Assembly (NCBI GenBank): GCA_965203175.1
Contig: OZ241867.1
Location: 1,024,001 to 1,088,000, forward strand
DNA length: 64,000 bases
Source: Candidatus Latescibacterota bacterium
GTDB taxonomy: Bacteria > Latescibacterota > UBA2968 > UBA8231
Reading direction: 5' to 3'
The translations under genes and the position numbers were made by a program. Below, one piece after another: positions 1 to 9,454 of the stretch. A model generated the notes under the pieces. It was given only the letters and a program-made list of their open reading frames with translations, was not told the origin of the DNA and made no database searches. Within the stretch, counting starts at the first letter, position 1. Every line of letters begins with the position of its first letter.

Positions 1-48
1 TACGAAGGCAGCCTCCTCCATCCGCCCCATCCTCAACTCTGGGGATAG
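1..48 (+). CDS. 3' end of a gene entering the window, probably L-Ala-D/L-Glu epimerase / N-acetyl-D-Glu racemase (DgcA/YcjG-like)
   Basis: Frame 1 reads YEGSLLHPPHPQLWG*, resembling the Y(D/E)GSxxxPPxxxLWG C-terminus of dipeptide epimerases. Only 15 aa are visible. Confidence 0.45.
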   Translation, partial: YEGSLLHPPHPQLWG

Positions 49-155
49 GGGACTCGCGCGTCGGCAAACCTTGCTGGACGCAGGTGGCGATTGAGTGTAT
101 TCTTCCCCAAGAATCTATAGCACGATTCGAGCTGCGGATCGTCTTGTTCTACCCT

Positions 156-182
156 TCTGCGTCTATCTGCGTCCATCTGCGG
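156..182. repeat. Short 10-bp-period tandem repeat TCTGCGTCTA-TCTGCGTCCA-TCTGCGG
   Basis: Seen directly in the intergenic gap upstream of 213. Confidence 0.6.
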
Positions 183-212
183 ATCACCTTGCAAATCATG
201 TAGGAATGCTAT

Positions 213-1208
213 ATGAGCAACGCACTTCTATTGTTTGCCCAAGGGCTGGACGAGGCCGCGCTGCAACGCGCCGTCCCGCTGCCCATCCGGCCAAAGCAGA
301 TCGAGCCGTTGGCATGGCTTGGCGACGAGTTCTCGTTTGACTTGCCACCCGCAGCGCTAGAAGGTGCCATAGAAATCCTGCCGTGCCTCTCAGTCGTCCA
401 CGACGGCGCGTGGGGCTATCAGTTCGCGATAGAATGCGAAACCAAAGCTGGCGATAGCAGCCGGGCCGTCCTCGACCCGATCGGCTCGTTTGTCGAGGCC
501 GTGCAGTCCGGCTTCAGAACTGGAGCCGAATCAGGTGCGACAAACGAAGTGGTCGCAGCGGAAATCGACCTCTTGCGCATCCACACCCCCTTACAAGCGG
601 CCACCCTACACCTGCGCGTCCAAGGCGTCGGCCCCACGGCCCCGGCCTTGCTCTCGGTCTCGGTGCGCCGCAAGGGCGCAGTACCCGCTCCGACGTTCAC
701 TAGCCGAGATATGGCCCTCTCTGTGCCGTCGCAAAGCCAGATGGTTCTGCGGCCCCAATTGGCTTCCCACGTCTGCTCGCCGACCAGCGTCGCCATGCTC
801 CTCTCCTATTACGGCCATAGCGCGGACATCTACGACGTAATTGCTGAGGCACGCCACCAACCCAGCGGACTATACGGCGTGTGGCCGGCCAACATCCACG
901 CCGCTGCTCGCCGGGGTCTCTTGGGCTATCTACTGCACTTTCCCTCTTGGGAGGCAGCGCGCACGCTGCTCGACGCGGGCTTTCCCATTGTTGCCTCTGT
1001 CCGCTACGAGGTGGGCGAGTTGAGCCGAGCGGCCATTGAGCGTACGTCCGGGCACTTGCTCGTCGTCCGGGGCTGCTCGGGAGATACCGTACTGGTCAAC
1101 GATCCGGCCGCAGATGCCGAGATCGCACGGGCGTACGACCTAGCGGAATTCTGCAAAGTCTGGCTGGAGCGCAGCGCCGTAGGCTACGTGCTCTTTCCTC
1201 CGTCGTAA
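213..1208 (+). CDS. Peptidase C39-like family protein
   Basis: VPSQSQM...VCSPTSVAMLL (catalytic Cys), GHLLVVRG (His) and VNDPA (Asp) motifs. Confidence 0.8.
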   Translation: MSNALLLFAQGLDEAALQRAVPLPIRPKQIEPLAWLGDEFSFDLPPAALEGAIEILPCLSVVHDGAWGYQFAIECETKAGDSSRAVLDPIGSFVEAVQSGFRTGAESGATNEVVAAEIDLLRIHTPLQAATLHLRVQGVGPTAPALLSVSVRRKGAVPAPTFTSRDMALSVPSQSQMVLRPQLASHVCSPTSVAMLLSYYGHSADIYDVIAEARHQPSGLYGVWPANIHAAARRGLLGYLLHFPSWEAARTLLDAGFPIVASVRYEVGELSRAAIERTSGHLLVVRGCSGDTVLVNDPAADAEIARAYDLAEFCKVWLERSAVGYVLFPPS

Positions 1209-1215
1209 CATTACT

Positions 1216-2079
1216 ATGGACAAAGCGAACTTCACTTCCATCGTCTTCGGCGAAATCCTCTACGACTGCTTCCCCGACCGCACCTGCCTGGGAGGTGCTT
1301 CCCTGAACTTCGCTTGGAATCTGCGCCAGCTCGGCTTTCCCGTGGCCATGGTCAGCGCCGTGGGGCGAGACGAACTAGGGCAACAGGCGCGGGGCTTTCT
1401 CCGGCGCGCCGACATTGATCAGCAATGGGTCGCCGATCGGCCCGAGCCTACGGGCACGGTCGATGTATTGCTCGACGATGGCCAGCCTTCCTACACCATC
1501 CGCGCTGGCGTGGCTTGGGACTATATCGAAACTAAGCCGGCGTTAGACCAGCCCCCCGACTTGATCTACTACGGCACGGCCGCGCAACGCAGTCCGGCCA
1601 ATCGTCCGGGACTGGAACACTTGCTGGCCACCAACCCCCGGCATCGGCTTTTCGACGTCAACCTGCGCAAGGACTGCTATACGCCGCAAACCTTGCTCTT
1701 TGGCCTCGAAGCGGCGACTATTGTCAAGCTCAACGACGAGGAATGGGAGGCCGTACGGGACATCGCCGAGGTCGCCGCACCCGCCGACTTAATCGCCCGC
1801 TACGCGCTGGATTGCCTAGCGATTACCTTTGGCGGCGACGGCGCTCAACTCCACATTCCAGGGGCTTCGTTCGCCGCCCGGCCTGTGCCCGCGTCCGTCG
1901 TCGATGCGGTCGGGGCTGGCGATGCCTTTAGCGGGGTTCTGGCCGCCAGCGCTCTGCTCGGCACCGACCCGCAACAAGCCCTAGACTTAGCGTGCGACGC
2001 CGGTGCCAGCGCGGTGCAGCACCCGGGTGCCCATTGTCCGCTGCCTGAATCCGTGAAGGCGGCGTTTGCGTTCGACTGA
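1216..2079 (+). CDS. PfkB-family carbohydrate kinase (fructokinase-like)
   Basis: GEILYD, GGASLN, FDVNLR, VKLNDEE and DAVGAGDAF motifs. Confidence 0.9.
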   Translation: MDKANFTSIVFGEILYDCFPDRTCLGGASLNFAWNLRQLGFPVAMVSAVGRDELGQQARGFLRRADIDQQWVADRPEPTGTVDVLLDDGQPSYTIRAGVAWDYIETKPALDQPPDLIYYGTAAQRSPANRPGLEHLLATNPRHRLFDVNLRKDCYTPQTLLFGLEAATIVKLNDEEWEAVRDIAEVAAPADLIARYALDCLAITFGGDGAQLHIPGASFAARPVPASVVDAVGAGDAFSGVLAASALLGTDPQQALDLACDAGASAVQHPGAHCPLPESVKAAFAFD

Positions 2080-2125
2080 GCTCACGCCGAAGTCTTAACC
2101 ACTTATCACCGAAAGGCTTTTCCCC

Positions 2126-3073
2126 ATGCAGACTCCCATTCCCCTGTGCGACCCCCACTTCCACCTCTGGGACCTAGCCGAGCGGCCCAACCCCAACCTC
2201 GGCGATGTCATGCCGGCGTACCGAGCCGCCAACTACGCCCAAGACATGAGCGAACTGCCCCCTGAGTTGCAGCGGGTCAGCGGCGTCCACGTCGAAACCG
2301 TCGTCGGCCAAGTACCTGGTGGCATCCCCGTCGATACCGTAGAAGAAACCCGCTGGGTGCGCGACCAACTCGAACCAACCTCAGCCGAACAGCCCTTTGG
2401 CATTGTCGCGTACGTGCACCTGGAGCGCGACATCGCCGCAGCCGAGCGCACCATTGAACAACACCTAGCGGCTGCAGGAGGCCGTCTGTGCGGCGTGCGC
2501 ATGATCCTCAATCACCATCCCGACAATCCCGACCTGACTTGGCCGCAGATCGAAGACGGCGTCTTGCAAAGCAGCCGCTTTCGCGACGGCTTGGCGCTCC
2601 TAGAACGCCACAACCTCGCCTTCGACCTCTCCTGCAATCCCCACCAAGTGGCCGATGCGGTCGCAGTTTTCCGCGACTTCCCCAACCTCCGCGTCGTCAC
2701 CAATCACCTCGGCTTCCTCCACGACGGCGAAGATCAAGCGCACGAGGATCTCTGGCGCGAAGGCATGGCTGCGCTGGCCGCATTGCCCAACATCTATATG
2801 AAGCTGTCCATGGCGTGGTTTGCGCGGGACGCCTTCCACGAGGCTACAGCCAAAGAGGCCAAAATCGCCGCGGTCGTCCAAGAGCTTATCGAACGCTTTG
2901 GCTGTGACCGCTGCATGTTTGCCAGCAACTATCCCGTCGATAAACTGCGGGGCATTAGCATCGGCTATCTCTACGCCAAGTTCCTCGAGTGGAGCGCCGG
3001 CTTTTCGGACGACGAGCGCCGGGCGCTCTTCCACGACTCAGCGCTCAGCGCCTATGGGCCGCTTTCGCAATAG
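2126..3073 (+). CDS. Amidohydrolase 2 family protein (sugar-lactonase-like)
   Basis: DPHFHLWD, HLG, YMKLS and FASNYP motifs. Confidence 0.85.
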   Translation: MQTPIPLCDPHFHLWDLAERPNPNLGDVMPAYRAANYAQDMSELPPELQRVSGVHVETVVGQVPGGIPVDTVEETRWVRDQLEPTSAEQPFGIVAYVHLERDIAAAERTIEQHLAAAGGRLCGVRMILNHHPDNPDLTWPQIEDGVLQSSRFRDGLALLERHNLAFDLSCNPHQVADAVAVFRDFPNLRVVTNHLGFLHDGEDQAHEDLWREGMAALAALPNIYMKLSMAWFARDAFHEATAKEAKIAAVVQELIERFGCDRCMFASNYPVDKLRGISIGYLYAKFLEWSAGFSDDERRALFHDSALSAYGPLSQ

Positions 3074-3095
3074 CCATGAGTAAAGGGGAATTCGG

Positions 3096-3506
3096 CTATC
3101 GTTCCCGCTTTCTATATACCTTTTCTATGGCGTCTTGCAACAAGCGGTCGAAGTTGACCAAGCGGTTGTAGCGCCGACGGTAGGCATCAACCCAGTTCAA
3201 CGTCCCTCTGTAATATGTCGGCACTGCGTTCATCCGCACGATCTCAGTAGCCATCTCTTCTACGGTGCAGACTAGCTTTATGGAGCTCATCTGGTCGAAT
3301 TCGGCCAGTTCCCGTATCCCGATCGAATCGAAGGAGATGACCGACTTACCATGATGTATCGCTTTCAAGGCAAAAATGCCAAATGCTTCCACGTCTGTGA
3401 TCGGGATCACGCGAAGGCACGCCGCGAACTGTACCCTCATCTCAGCATTCGACAGAGATATTCGGTTGAGGTTCAGGGGTCGTCCGACCCTTTCATTGGC
3501 TCGCAT
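3096..3506 (-). pseudogene. Degenerate C-terminal fragment of a GT4 (GT-B) glycosyltransferase
   Basis: IPITDVEAFGIFALKAIHHGKSVISFDSIGIREL matches the GT4 pattern E-x-F-G-x4-EA-x3-GxPVI-x4-GG-x2-E with substitutions. The N-terminal domain is absent. Confidence 0.5.
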
Positions 3507-3552
3507 GAGTTTCTTCTTATATGCGGCCTCCGCTGGGTACGCGGATAAAAGC

Positions 3553-3813
3553 TCAATCCGCCCTCCGCTTGTCAGCGACGTACTCAGCCAGCACTTCTAC
3601 TGAGTCAAACAGTTCGGCAGTCAGTTCGTCGTCTTCGACGGTGATGCCGAATGCCTCCTCTATGGCGGCGACGATCTCTAAGGTGGCCACTGAATCAAGA
3701 TCCATGCCCCCGCCGAACAGCGCCTCGTCGTCGGGAATTTCGGCAGGGATCACGTCCAACTCAAGCGCAGTGACTATCAGGCACTTGATCTGCACTCTCA
3801 GGCGTTCTGACAT
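3553..3813 (-). CDS. Acyl carrier protein
   Basis: 86 aa, acidic, GMDLDSVATLEIV phosphopantetheine Ser motif and IEEAFGITV. Start overlaps the stop of the S8 fusion. Confidence 0.9.
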   Translation of the reverse strand: MSERLRVQIKCLIVTALELDVIPAEIPDDEALFGGGMDLDSVATLEIVAAIEEAFGITVEDDELTAELFDSVEVLAEYVADKRRAD

Positions 3814-5696
3814 GATTCAGGCTCCTCGGCAAAGTAGTTAACCACCGTATCTACCATCCGCTGCTGGCCTTCCTCTGAGAGAATGGACACCGCCGGTAAG
3901 CTGAAGCGATCCTCGAACCGATGCAGGATACGTACGATCTCTTCCGTAGTCATCGGACGCGGCTTGACGAAGGTTCGCCCGTAAGCAGCGCGGATGTGTT
4001 TTTCTTGGTTGCTCATCGCCAATAGCAGGGTCGGTGCCTTGGCGAAAGCGCGCAGGCAGTCGATGGTGTCTTGGATATACTCGTCGTCATCGATGCTGTT
4101 GACCGTGAGGATACATGCATCCGGCTTAGTGCCCAGCAGAAAGGCCATAGAGGTCAAAGAATGGGTGCGGTGTTCATGCACATCGTAGGGAATGGTGCCT
4201 GACTGCGAGCCAACCAAGATAATATCGGGCCGCTTCTGCTGGCTGAGTTGCCGCAGTTTGTAGTCCAGATAGGGGATGTAGTATTGCAACGGCAGCGACA
4301 CATTAGAGGCGTATCCCATGGGAAAGGCTAGGTCCATGCCAAACAAGGCCGCATGATGCTCGGTGCCGATCTGACCGACCGTGTAGCCGAGGTGCAAAAG
4401 GTGGCGGCGCAGGATCAGTTGTAAGGTGAACTTGCCCTGTTGGGCACTGGTGCCAAACACTCCGAGCACCGGCACGTCGACCGGACCATAGGCAGGCTCG
4501 GCTTGGAGTGCTTGCTCGATGTCGTTGGACGCGACCGAGGGATACGTCAGATGCAGCCCCTTTTTGCGGGCAAGATCATACAGGTCGCCGTATGTGTCTT
4601 GGGGCACGACGAGAAAACTGAAGACGTGGCAGTCGTGCTCCAGTGCGGTCTCAATGGCCGTACGTAACACGTCTTGCTTGCCGATCCGTCCTAACTGATC
4701 GACATAGCCGAGGATTAGTGTATCCGCCTCTCCAAGGATCGAAGCAAGCCGGGGCCGGATATGCACACCCATGTCGGGCAAACCCAGCACCTTACCCGCA
4801 TCCTGGCCCACTAGCCCCTTGCCCACCGGGTCAGCGATACCCGTAATCTCAAAGGCGAGCAAGTCTTGCGCCCGAACCAAGGCGTGCATTTCCTTATTGA
4901 ACGGGTAGAGCGCCGCCTTCTGAATCCAAGTAAAATTTGAGGTGTTGGTTGGAGGCTTCGACACGGCCACCGCGCATGGACGCGTACCTAGGAGTAACTC
5001 CGGCGGCTCTTTCAACCCATTGGCCTGTAATATCTTACGCACTTGTTCCAGTGGTGCCCTTGGATGCGCTTGGCGAATCAAGGCGACGACGCCGGTGATA
5101 TGAGGTGCGGCAAAGCTGGTACCAGATACCATCAGATGTGATGGATCGTTCCAGCAGACCCGCTGGGTATCCCCCCGGGCGACACATTCGATTGTGTGTC
5201 TTGGACGGTAATAATACCCATAGCGTCCGCGCACCTTTCCTCCAGTAACGCCGATGACGTCTGGAAAGACCGCCGGATAGCTCTCGCGCCCGTCGTTGTG
5301 CTCAGCAGCGACAAGGATAACTCCGGCTTCGCGGGCTTGGCGGCAGACTTTAGCAAGTGCATTGCGGAAGGAGACATCGGTGGTGCCCAAGCTGAGGTTG
5401 ACCACATCCATTCGGTGCTCAATAGTCCAGCGAATCGCCGAGAGTAGGGCAGTACCATCGGTTCTCAGAGAACCGTCGAAGATGCGGACATCGTAGAGGG
5501 CCACTGTTGGCGCGATCTGACTGATGATGCCCGCGCAAGCCGTGCCGTGACCAGCGTCAAAATCAGCTTGCGGAAGTACCGAATCCAAGATTACCTCATG
5601 AATCGCGCCGATTTTTTCGTGTGTCGGGTCAATACCTGAGTCGATGATGGCAACACGTACTGGATGATCCGTTTTCGGTGGGTTCGTCAAGAGCAT
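3798..5696 (-). CDS. S8 subtilase fused to a TIGR04066/DUF1611-like domain
   Basis: Intact triad IIDSG / HGTACAG / GTSFAAP in the first ~225 aa. Then KAALYPF...GKGLVGQDAG, VPVLGVFGTSAQQGKFTLQL, GQIGT and PDIILVGSQSG, which are DUF1611/TIGR04066-like. Confidence 0.8.
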   Translation of the reverse strand: MLLTNPPKTDHPVRVAIIDSGIDPTHEKIGAIHEVILDSVLPQADFDAGHGTACAGIISQIAPTVALYDVRIFDGSLRTDGTALLSAIRWTIEHRMDVVNLSLGTTDVSFRNALAKVCRQAREAGVILVAAEHNDGRESYPAVFPDVIGVTGGKVRGRYGYYYRPRHTIECVARGDTQRVCWNDPSHLMVSGTSFAAPHITGVVALIRQAHPRAPLEQVRKILQANGLKEPPELLLGTRPCAVAVSKPPTNTSNFTWIQKAALYPFNKEMHALVRAQDLLAFEITGIADPVGKGLVGQDAGKVLGLPDMGVHIRPRLASILGEADTLILGYVDQLGRIGKQDVLRTAIETALEHDCHVFSFLVVPQDTYGDLYDLARKKGLHLTYPSVASNDIEQALQAEPAYGPVDVPVLGVFGTSAQQGKFTLQLILRRHLLHLGYTVGQIGTEHHAALFGMDLAFPMGYASNVSLPLQYYIPYLDYKLRQLSQQKRPDIILVGSQSGTIPYDVHEHRTHSLTSMAFLLGTKPDACILTVNSIDDDEYIQDTIDCLRAFAKAPTLLLAMSNQEKHIRAAYGRTFVKPRPMTTEEIVRILHRFEDRFSLPAVSILSEEGQQRMVDTVVNYFAEEPESCQNA

Positions 5697-6763
5697 CGTT
5701 TTTTTAATCTGGTTTCACACTGCAAGAGAACCTTTTCTAATATACTTTTCTCTTCAAGGGCTAGTTCTTCTAATTCCTTTTTTACATATTTTATAGATGT
5801 ATCTACTTCATTCTTTTTTTTATATCCTAAGAAAATCCTGAGCATTATCAAACGTAGGTTCGCAACTTTCTTTTCTATTTCAGCATACTTAATTGACAAC
5901 TTTTCAGATGGATCAATATAATCTTTATTTTCCATGTATATAAGTCTGTTCAACATACATTTTTTATGTTCCCATAGTATGTGAATCAATCGAATATCAT
6001 ATCTATGTTTTTTATGTAACAAACAATAAATAAGATAAGAGTATGTTTTCATACCATATATACCATCTTCTGGTGTATCTAATATACGAAATTTTTCAGA
6101 AGTATTATTCGATTCTATATAATCTCGAAGTTGCTCCGAGACAAGATATAGATCAAACTCATAGTGTTTGTTATTTTTATATTTTAATAGACCTATTTTA
6201 GCCATATGATTAGGTGAGTAACTAACTTTCATATATGCCTTTTCAAGGTCTGAGTACTCGATTGTTATATACGCCTTTTTAAAATCGGAGAAATTTAATT
6301 TGGAAGAAACATATTGGCCCATTTTGTTGTATCCGGCAGTATCGAATGTTTCATAAGATAAATCATAGCCATGTATCAATGTTTCATGTATGTATTTTCT
6401 TTTTTCATAATTCGACTTATTAGGCATATAAAACTCATTTAAATATAGCTGTATATAGTAGTTATTATCTATACATTTAATGACAAAGTGAACAATATCC
6501 TCATTTACAAGGGAAATTAAATCACGATCTAACCAGCGTGTTTCCAGTAATGGTGCAGGCAAAAGTCTGTTATTAGGAGGTCGATAAAAATCGATTATAG
6601 GAGTTCCTTTTTGAGTGTGTTTTTTAGAAAAATAAATCTGGATATGTTGGCTGTAGAACCAAGGTAAATATACCTCATTTGTCGCCAATATTGATAAAGA
6701 GAATACAAAGCCTTTTATTGGTGAATTGAGTTCAACCGCAAGTATTTTTCTTTTCTTTTTCAT
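5687..6763 (-). CDS. BtrH-like (papain-fold) hypothetical protein of Firmicutes-type natural-product clusters, very AT-rich
   Basis: LPWFYSQHIQI, YYIQLYLNEFYMP, HETLIHGYD and LWEHKKCM motifs. Start chosen at ATG 6763 after AAGGAG. Only 13 of 60 bases are G/C in 5761-5820. Confidence 0.6.
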   Translation of the reverse strand: MKKKRKILAVELNSPIKGFVFSLSILATNEVYLPWFYSQHIQIYFSKKHTQKGTPIIDFYRPPNNRLLPAPLLETRWLDRDLISLVNEDIVHFVIKCIDNNYYIQLYLNEFYMPNKSNYEKRKYIHETLIHGYDLSYETFDTAGYNKMGQYVSSKLNFSDFKKAYITIEYSDLEKAYMKVSYSPNHMAKIGLLKYKNNKHYEFDLYLVSEQLRDYIESNNTSEKFRILDTPEDGIYGMKTYSYLIYCLLHKKHRYDIRLIHILWEHKKCMLNRLIYMENKDYIDPSEKLSIKYAEIEKKVANLRLIMLRIFLGYKKKNEVDTSIKYVKKELEELALEEKSILEKVLLQCETRLKKRCS

Positions 6764-6927
6764 TTCCTGCTCCTTTCGTGCCAGCCTCCTCACCGTCGGT
6801 CTCTTGGCTGATCCACCGGCGTCTGCGTACCAAACGCAATCGGCGAACGACCTCTTCGGGGGGTTATGAGTATAATAGAAGCTCCGGGTGCTTGGGAAGA
6901 TGTATCTGCATCAGTTATCTGGACCGC

Positions 6928-8643
6928 TTAAGAGGTAGCTTTCGATTCTCCGAAAAGTGATACGTAAACGGGACAATTCCTCATCAATTCCTCGTGACGG
7001 CCAACTCCGACGATACTGCCTTCATCTAGCACAATAATGCTATCTGCATCTATAAATGTAGATAGACGGTGAGCAATTGTGATGGTGGTCCGTCCCTGAT
7101 AATAGGAGCGTAGAGCTGAACGTATCTTGGATTCGGTCTCGTTATCGATAGCTGACGTAAACTCGTCGAGAATGAGAATCGATGGATCTAGCAATAGCAC
7201 TCGAGCCAGAGCCAGACGCTGCTTCTGTCCTTGGGACAACTGAGCTCCTTTTTCTCCTATGTCAGTCTCGTACCCCTTGGGTAGTTCCGCGATAAAGTCT
7301 CCGGCTCCAGCAATCTCTGCCGATTGTTCGACTAAGGCATGTGAACATTCAGGTCTGCCGATTGTCAGATTCTCCCATACCGTTCCAGCGAAGAGAAATG
7401 GATCTTGCTGCATGAATCCAATCTGCTGCCTCAACGAATGAAGGTCGGCTCGGGAAGTATCCATCCCGTCGATGTAAACAGACCCCGTCTGTGGGTCGTA
7501 GAAACGAGGTATCAACTGCGCTAGCGTCGTCTTGCCCGCTCCGCTCCTACCGACTAGAGCAGTGTTTGTTCCTCCTTCTATGGTTAGATTGATGTTTTTC
7601 AGTACATAGTTTTTTTCTAGATACCCAAATGAAACGCTCTGGAACATGACTGTGCCTTGCTTAACGCTAAGCATTTCTCCTCTCATTGGAGATCTTATCT
7701 CTGGCACCGTATCAACAACCTCGAAGTAGCGACCTAGATGCACTCGGAGCACCGGAATCTGCATGGCTAAATCCAGTAGTGATGTTACGGGATTCGAGAT
7801 GTATCCTACATAGGCCGTAAACGCCATATAGGTTCCCAAGCTGAGTTCGCCTGCCAGAATCCTCGTCCAACCGTACCAAGTGTACACCAATACTGCCATT
7901 GCACGCAGAACTGTAAGAGCAACTCCGGCTACTGTCTGCCCTAGGTGCATTCGGAGTTTGACCGTGGCCGACTCCAAGGTTAGATCGCGAATTCTTTGAA
8001 GAAAAATGCTTTCTAAACAGAGTGCTTGTACGGTTCTAATACCTGAGAGAAATTCAATCCTGTGTGATGAGGCCCTGGCATCCAGCACGGCAGTCTGGCT
8101 AGTTTTTTTTGCTATAAATCTCGATATACCAACCGCGATTGCTGCATCCAGAGGCAGCGCGGCAATACTTAGCAAGGCCAATTTCCAATTGATCCAAAAT
8201 AGAATAGGCGGGAAGATGAGCAAGTTGACAACATTCAAGGTACCGCTCATGAGTAATTGAGTCATTCCACCAGCACTGCTCAAGCCATCTCTGGATCGAG
8301 CTGTAAGTTCGCCTACTTTTTTCTTATCAAAGTAGCTGAAGCTCAAGCTGCTCAGATGTTGATATAGTCCATAACCAACCCCGATTCCTACACGCATACT
8401 GAGGTTATGGTCAAAATAGCCGCGCAAATGGCTGATCAATCCCGTCATTACTGCCACGCCGACATTGAAAACAAGGACGAATTCCAGCAGGTTGACACTC
8501 TTGGATGGGTAAACATCGTCGATAAGAATCTTCGTGACGTAGGGTGGTATCAAGGCAATCAGTGCTAAAAGGCCACTCACGGCTACAGACCTTATCATTA
8601 GCCCCTTATACGCTTGGATCAGTGTAAATCCTTTACCGATCAT
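6928..8643 (-). CDS. ABC exporter, fused TMD and ATPase, with no N-terminal C39 peptidase
   Basis: Hydrophobic N-terminal half, Walker A GRSGAGKT, LSQGQKQR signature, ILILDE and IAHRLST. Confidence 0.92.
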   Translation of the reverse strand: MIGKGFTLIQAYKGLMIRSVAVSGLLALIALIPPYVTKILIDDVYPSKSVNLLEFVLVFNVGVAVMTGLISHLRGYFDHNLSMRVGIGVGYGLYQHLSSLSFSYFDKKKVGELTARSRDGLSSAGGMTQLLMSGTLNVVNLLIFPPILFWINWKLALLSIAALPLDAAIAVGISRFIAKKTSQTAVLDARASSHRIEFLSGIRTVQALCLESIFLQRIRDLTLESATVKLRMHLGQTVAGVALTVLRAMAVLVYTWYGWTRILAGELSLGTYMAFTAYVGYISNPVTSLLDLAMQIPVLRVHLGRYFEVVDTVPEIRSPMRGEMLSVKQGTVMFQSVSFGYLEKNYVLKNINLTIEGGTNTALVGRSGAGKTTLAQLIPRFYDPQTGSVYIDGMDTSRADLHSLRQQIGFMQQDPFLFAGTVWENLTIGRPECSHALVEQSAEIAGAGDFIAELPKGYETDIGEKGAQLSQGQKQRLALARVLLLDPSILILDEFTSAIDNETESKIRSALRSYYQGRTTITIAHRLSTFIDADSIIVLDEGSIVGVGRHEELMRNCPVYVSLFGESKATS

Positions 8644-9416
8644 GCATGTGCCACCATCGTTACGTATTCGTACCCAATCCTCTCGGCCAAGACGAAAAAG
8701 TTATACGCAGCGTGTATTGCGAAGCATTCGGTAATTGACCCGCGTTTCTCCATGACATAGCACGTAACTAAGCCGAGCAACAACGCACCTGCCATCTGAG
8801 CCGGAGGATCGTGTAGCAGCGCGAAGACGGCTGTGCATAACAGCACACTGAGAACCCAAGAAAGTTTTGTCCGCAAGGTTTGATATAGAACGCCGCGGAA
8901 GAAAACTTCCTCATGTAGCGGTCCAATCAACACAGCGAGCATTATGTTCTGAATCCCACGGAAGAGCGAAATGCTGAATTCTCCATCAACCCAAAAAGGC
9001 ACCACATCTTTGGGCCAGAGCAATGCGCTAGGTATGGCATAGACAGTTGCTATCGAAAAACCGATGAGACAGGCTCTGAAGATTCGAGATACTGATGGCG
9101 GTCCCAAGCCGATAGAAACGAGGGAAAGACCACAGCATCTCTTCAACATCACGCTTATTACCCAAAGCGAAAACACAGATATGGCGACTTCGTCAAGGCT
9201 AAACGAAACATCATCAAGCTGAAAAGATAGGGGCCAAAAGAGATCAATGACCACGAAGAGAGCGATGGGAACACAAAAGGCCAACGAACCACCAACTAGC
9301 ACTATTAATCCACTGGAAAAACTCAATGCAGTAATGCCTCTATTGGCGCACACTCTGGACGACCTTTCGCTAGTGAATAGTCTCATTGTACGTTGTGGAG
9401 TGCTAGAATGAGTCAC
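8640..9416 (-). CDS. CPBP (type II CAAX/Abi) intramembrane metalloprotease
   Basis: EEVFFRG, FALLH and HAAYN motifs, multiple TM segments, ATGA overlap with the ABC gene. Confidence 0.88.
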   Translation of the reverse strand: MTHSSTPQRTMRLFTSERSSRVCANRGITALSFSSGLIVLVGGSLAFCVPIALFVVIDLFWPLSFQLDDVSFSLDEVAISVFSLWVISVMLKRCCGLSLVSIGLGPPSVSRIFRACLIGFSIATVYAIPSALLWPKDVVPFWVDGEFSISLFRGIQNIMLAVLIGPLHEEVFFRGVLYQTLRTKLSWVLSVLLCTAVFALLHDPPAQMAGALLLGLVTCYVMEKRGSITECFAIHAAYNFFVLAERIGYEYVTMVAHA

Positions 9417-9454
9417 CTTACGATATGCGGTTCAGGTTGCCTAGTGTTGACAGC

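Noticed and set aside
6864-6911. 15-aa minus-strand ORF MQIHLPKHPELLLYS between the ABC and BtrH-like genes as an alternative precursor
   Set aside because: No RBS, and no Cys or leader features.
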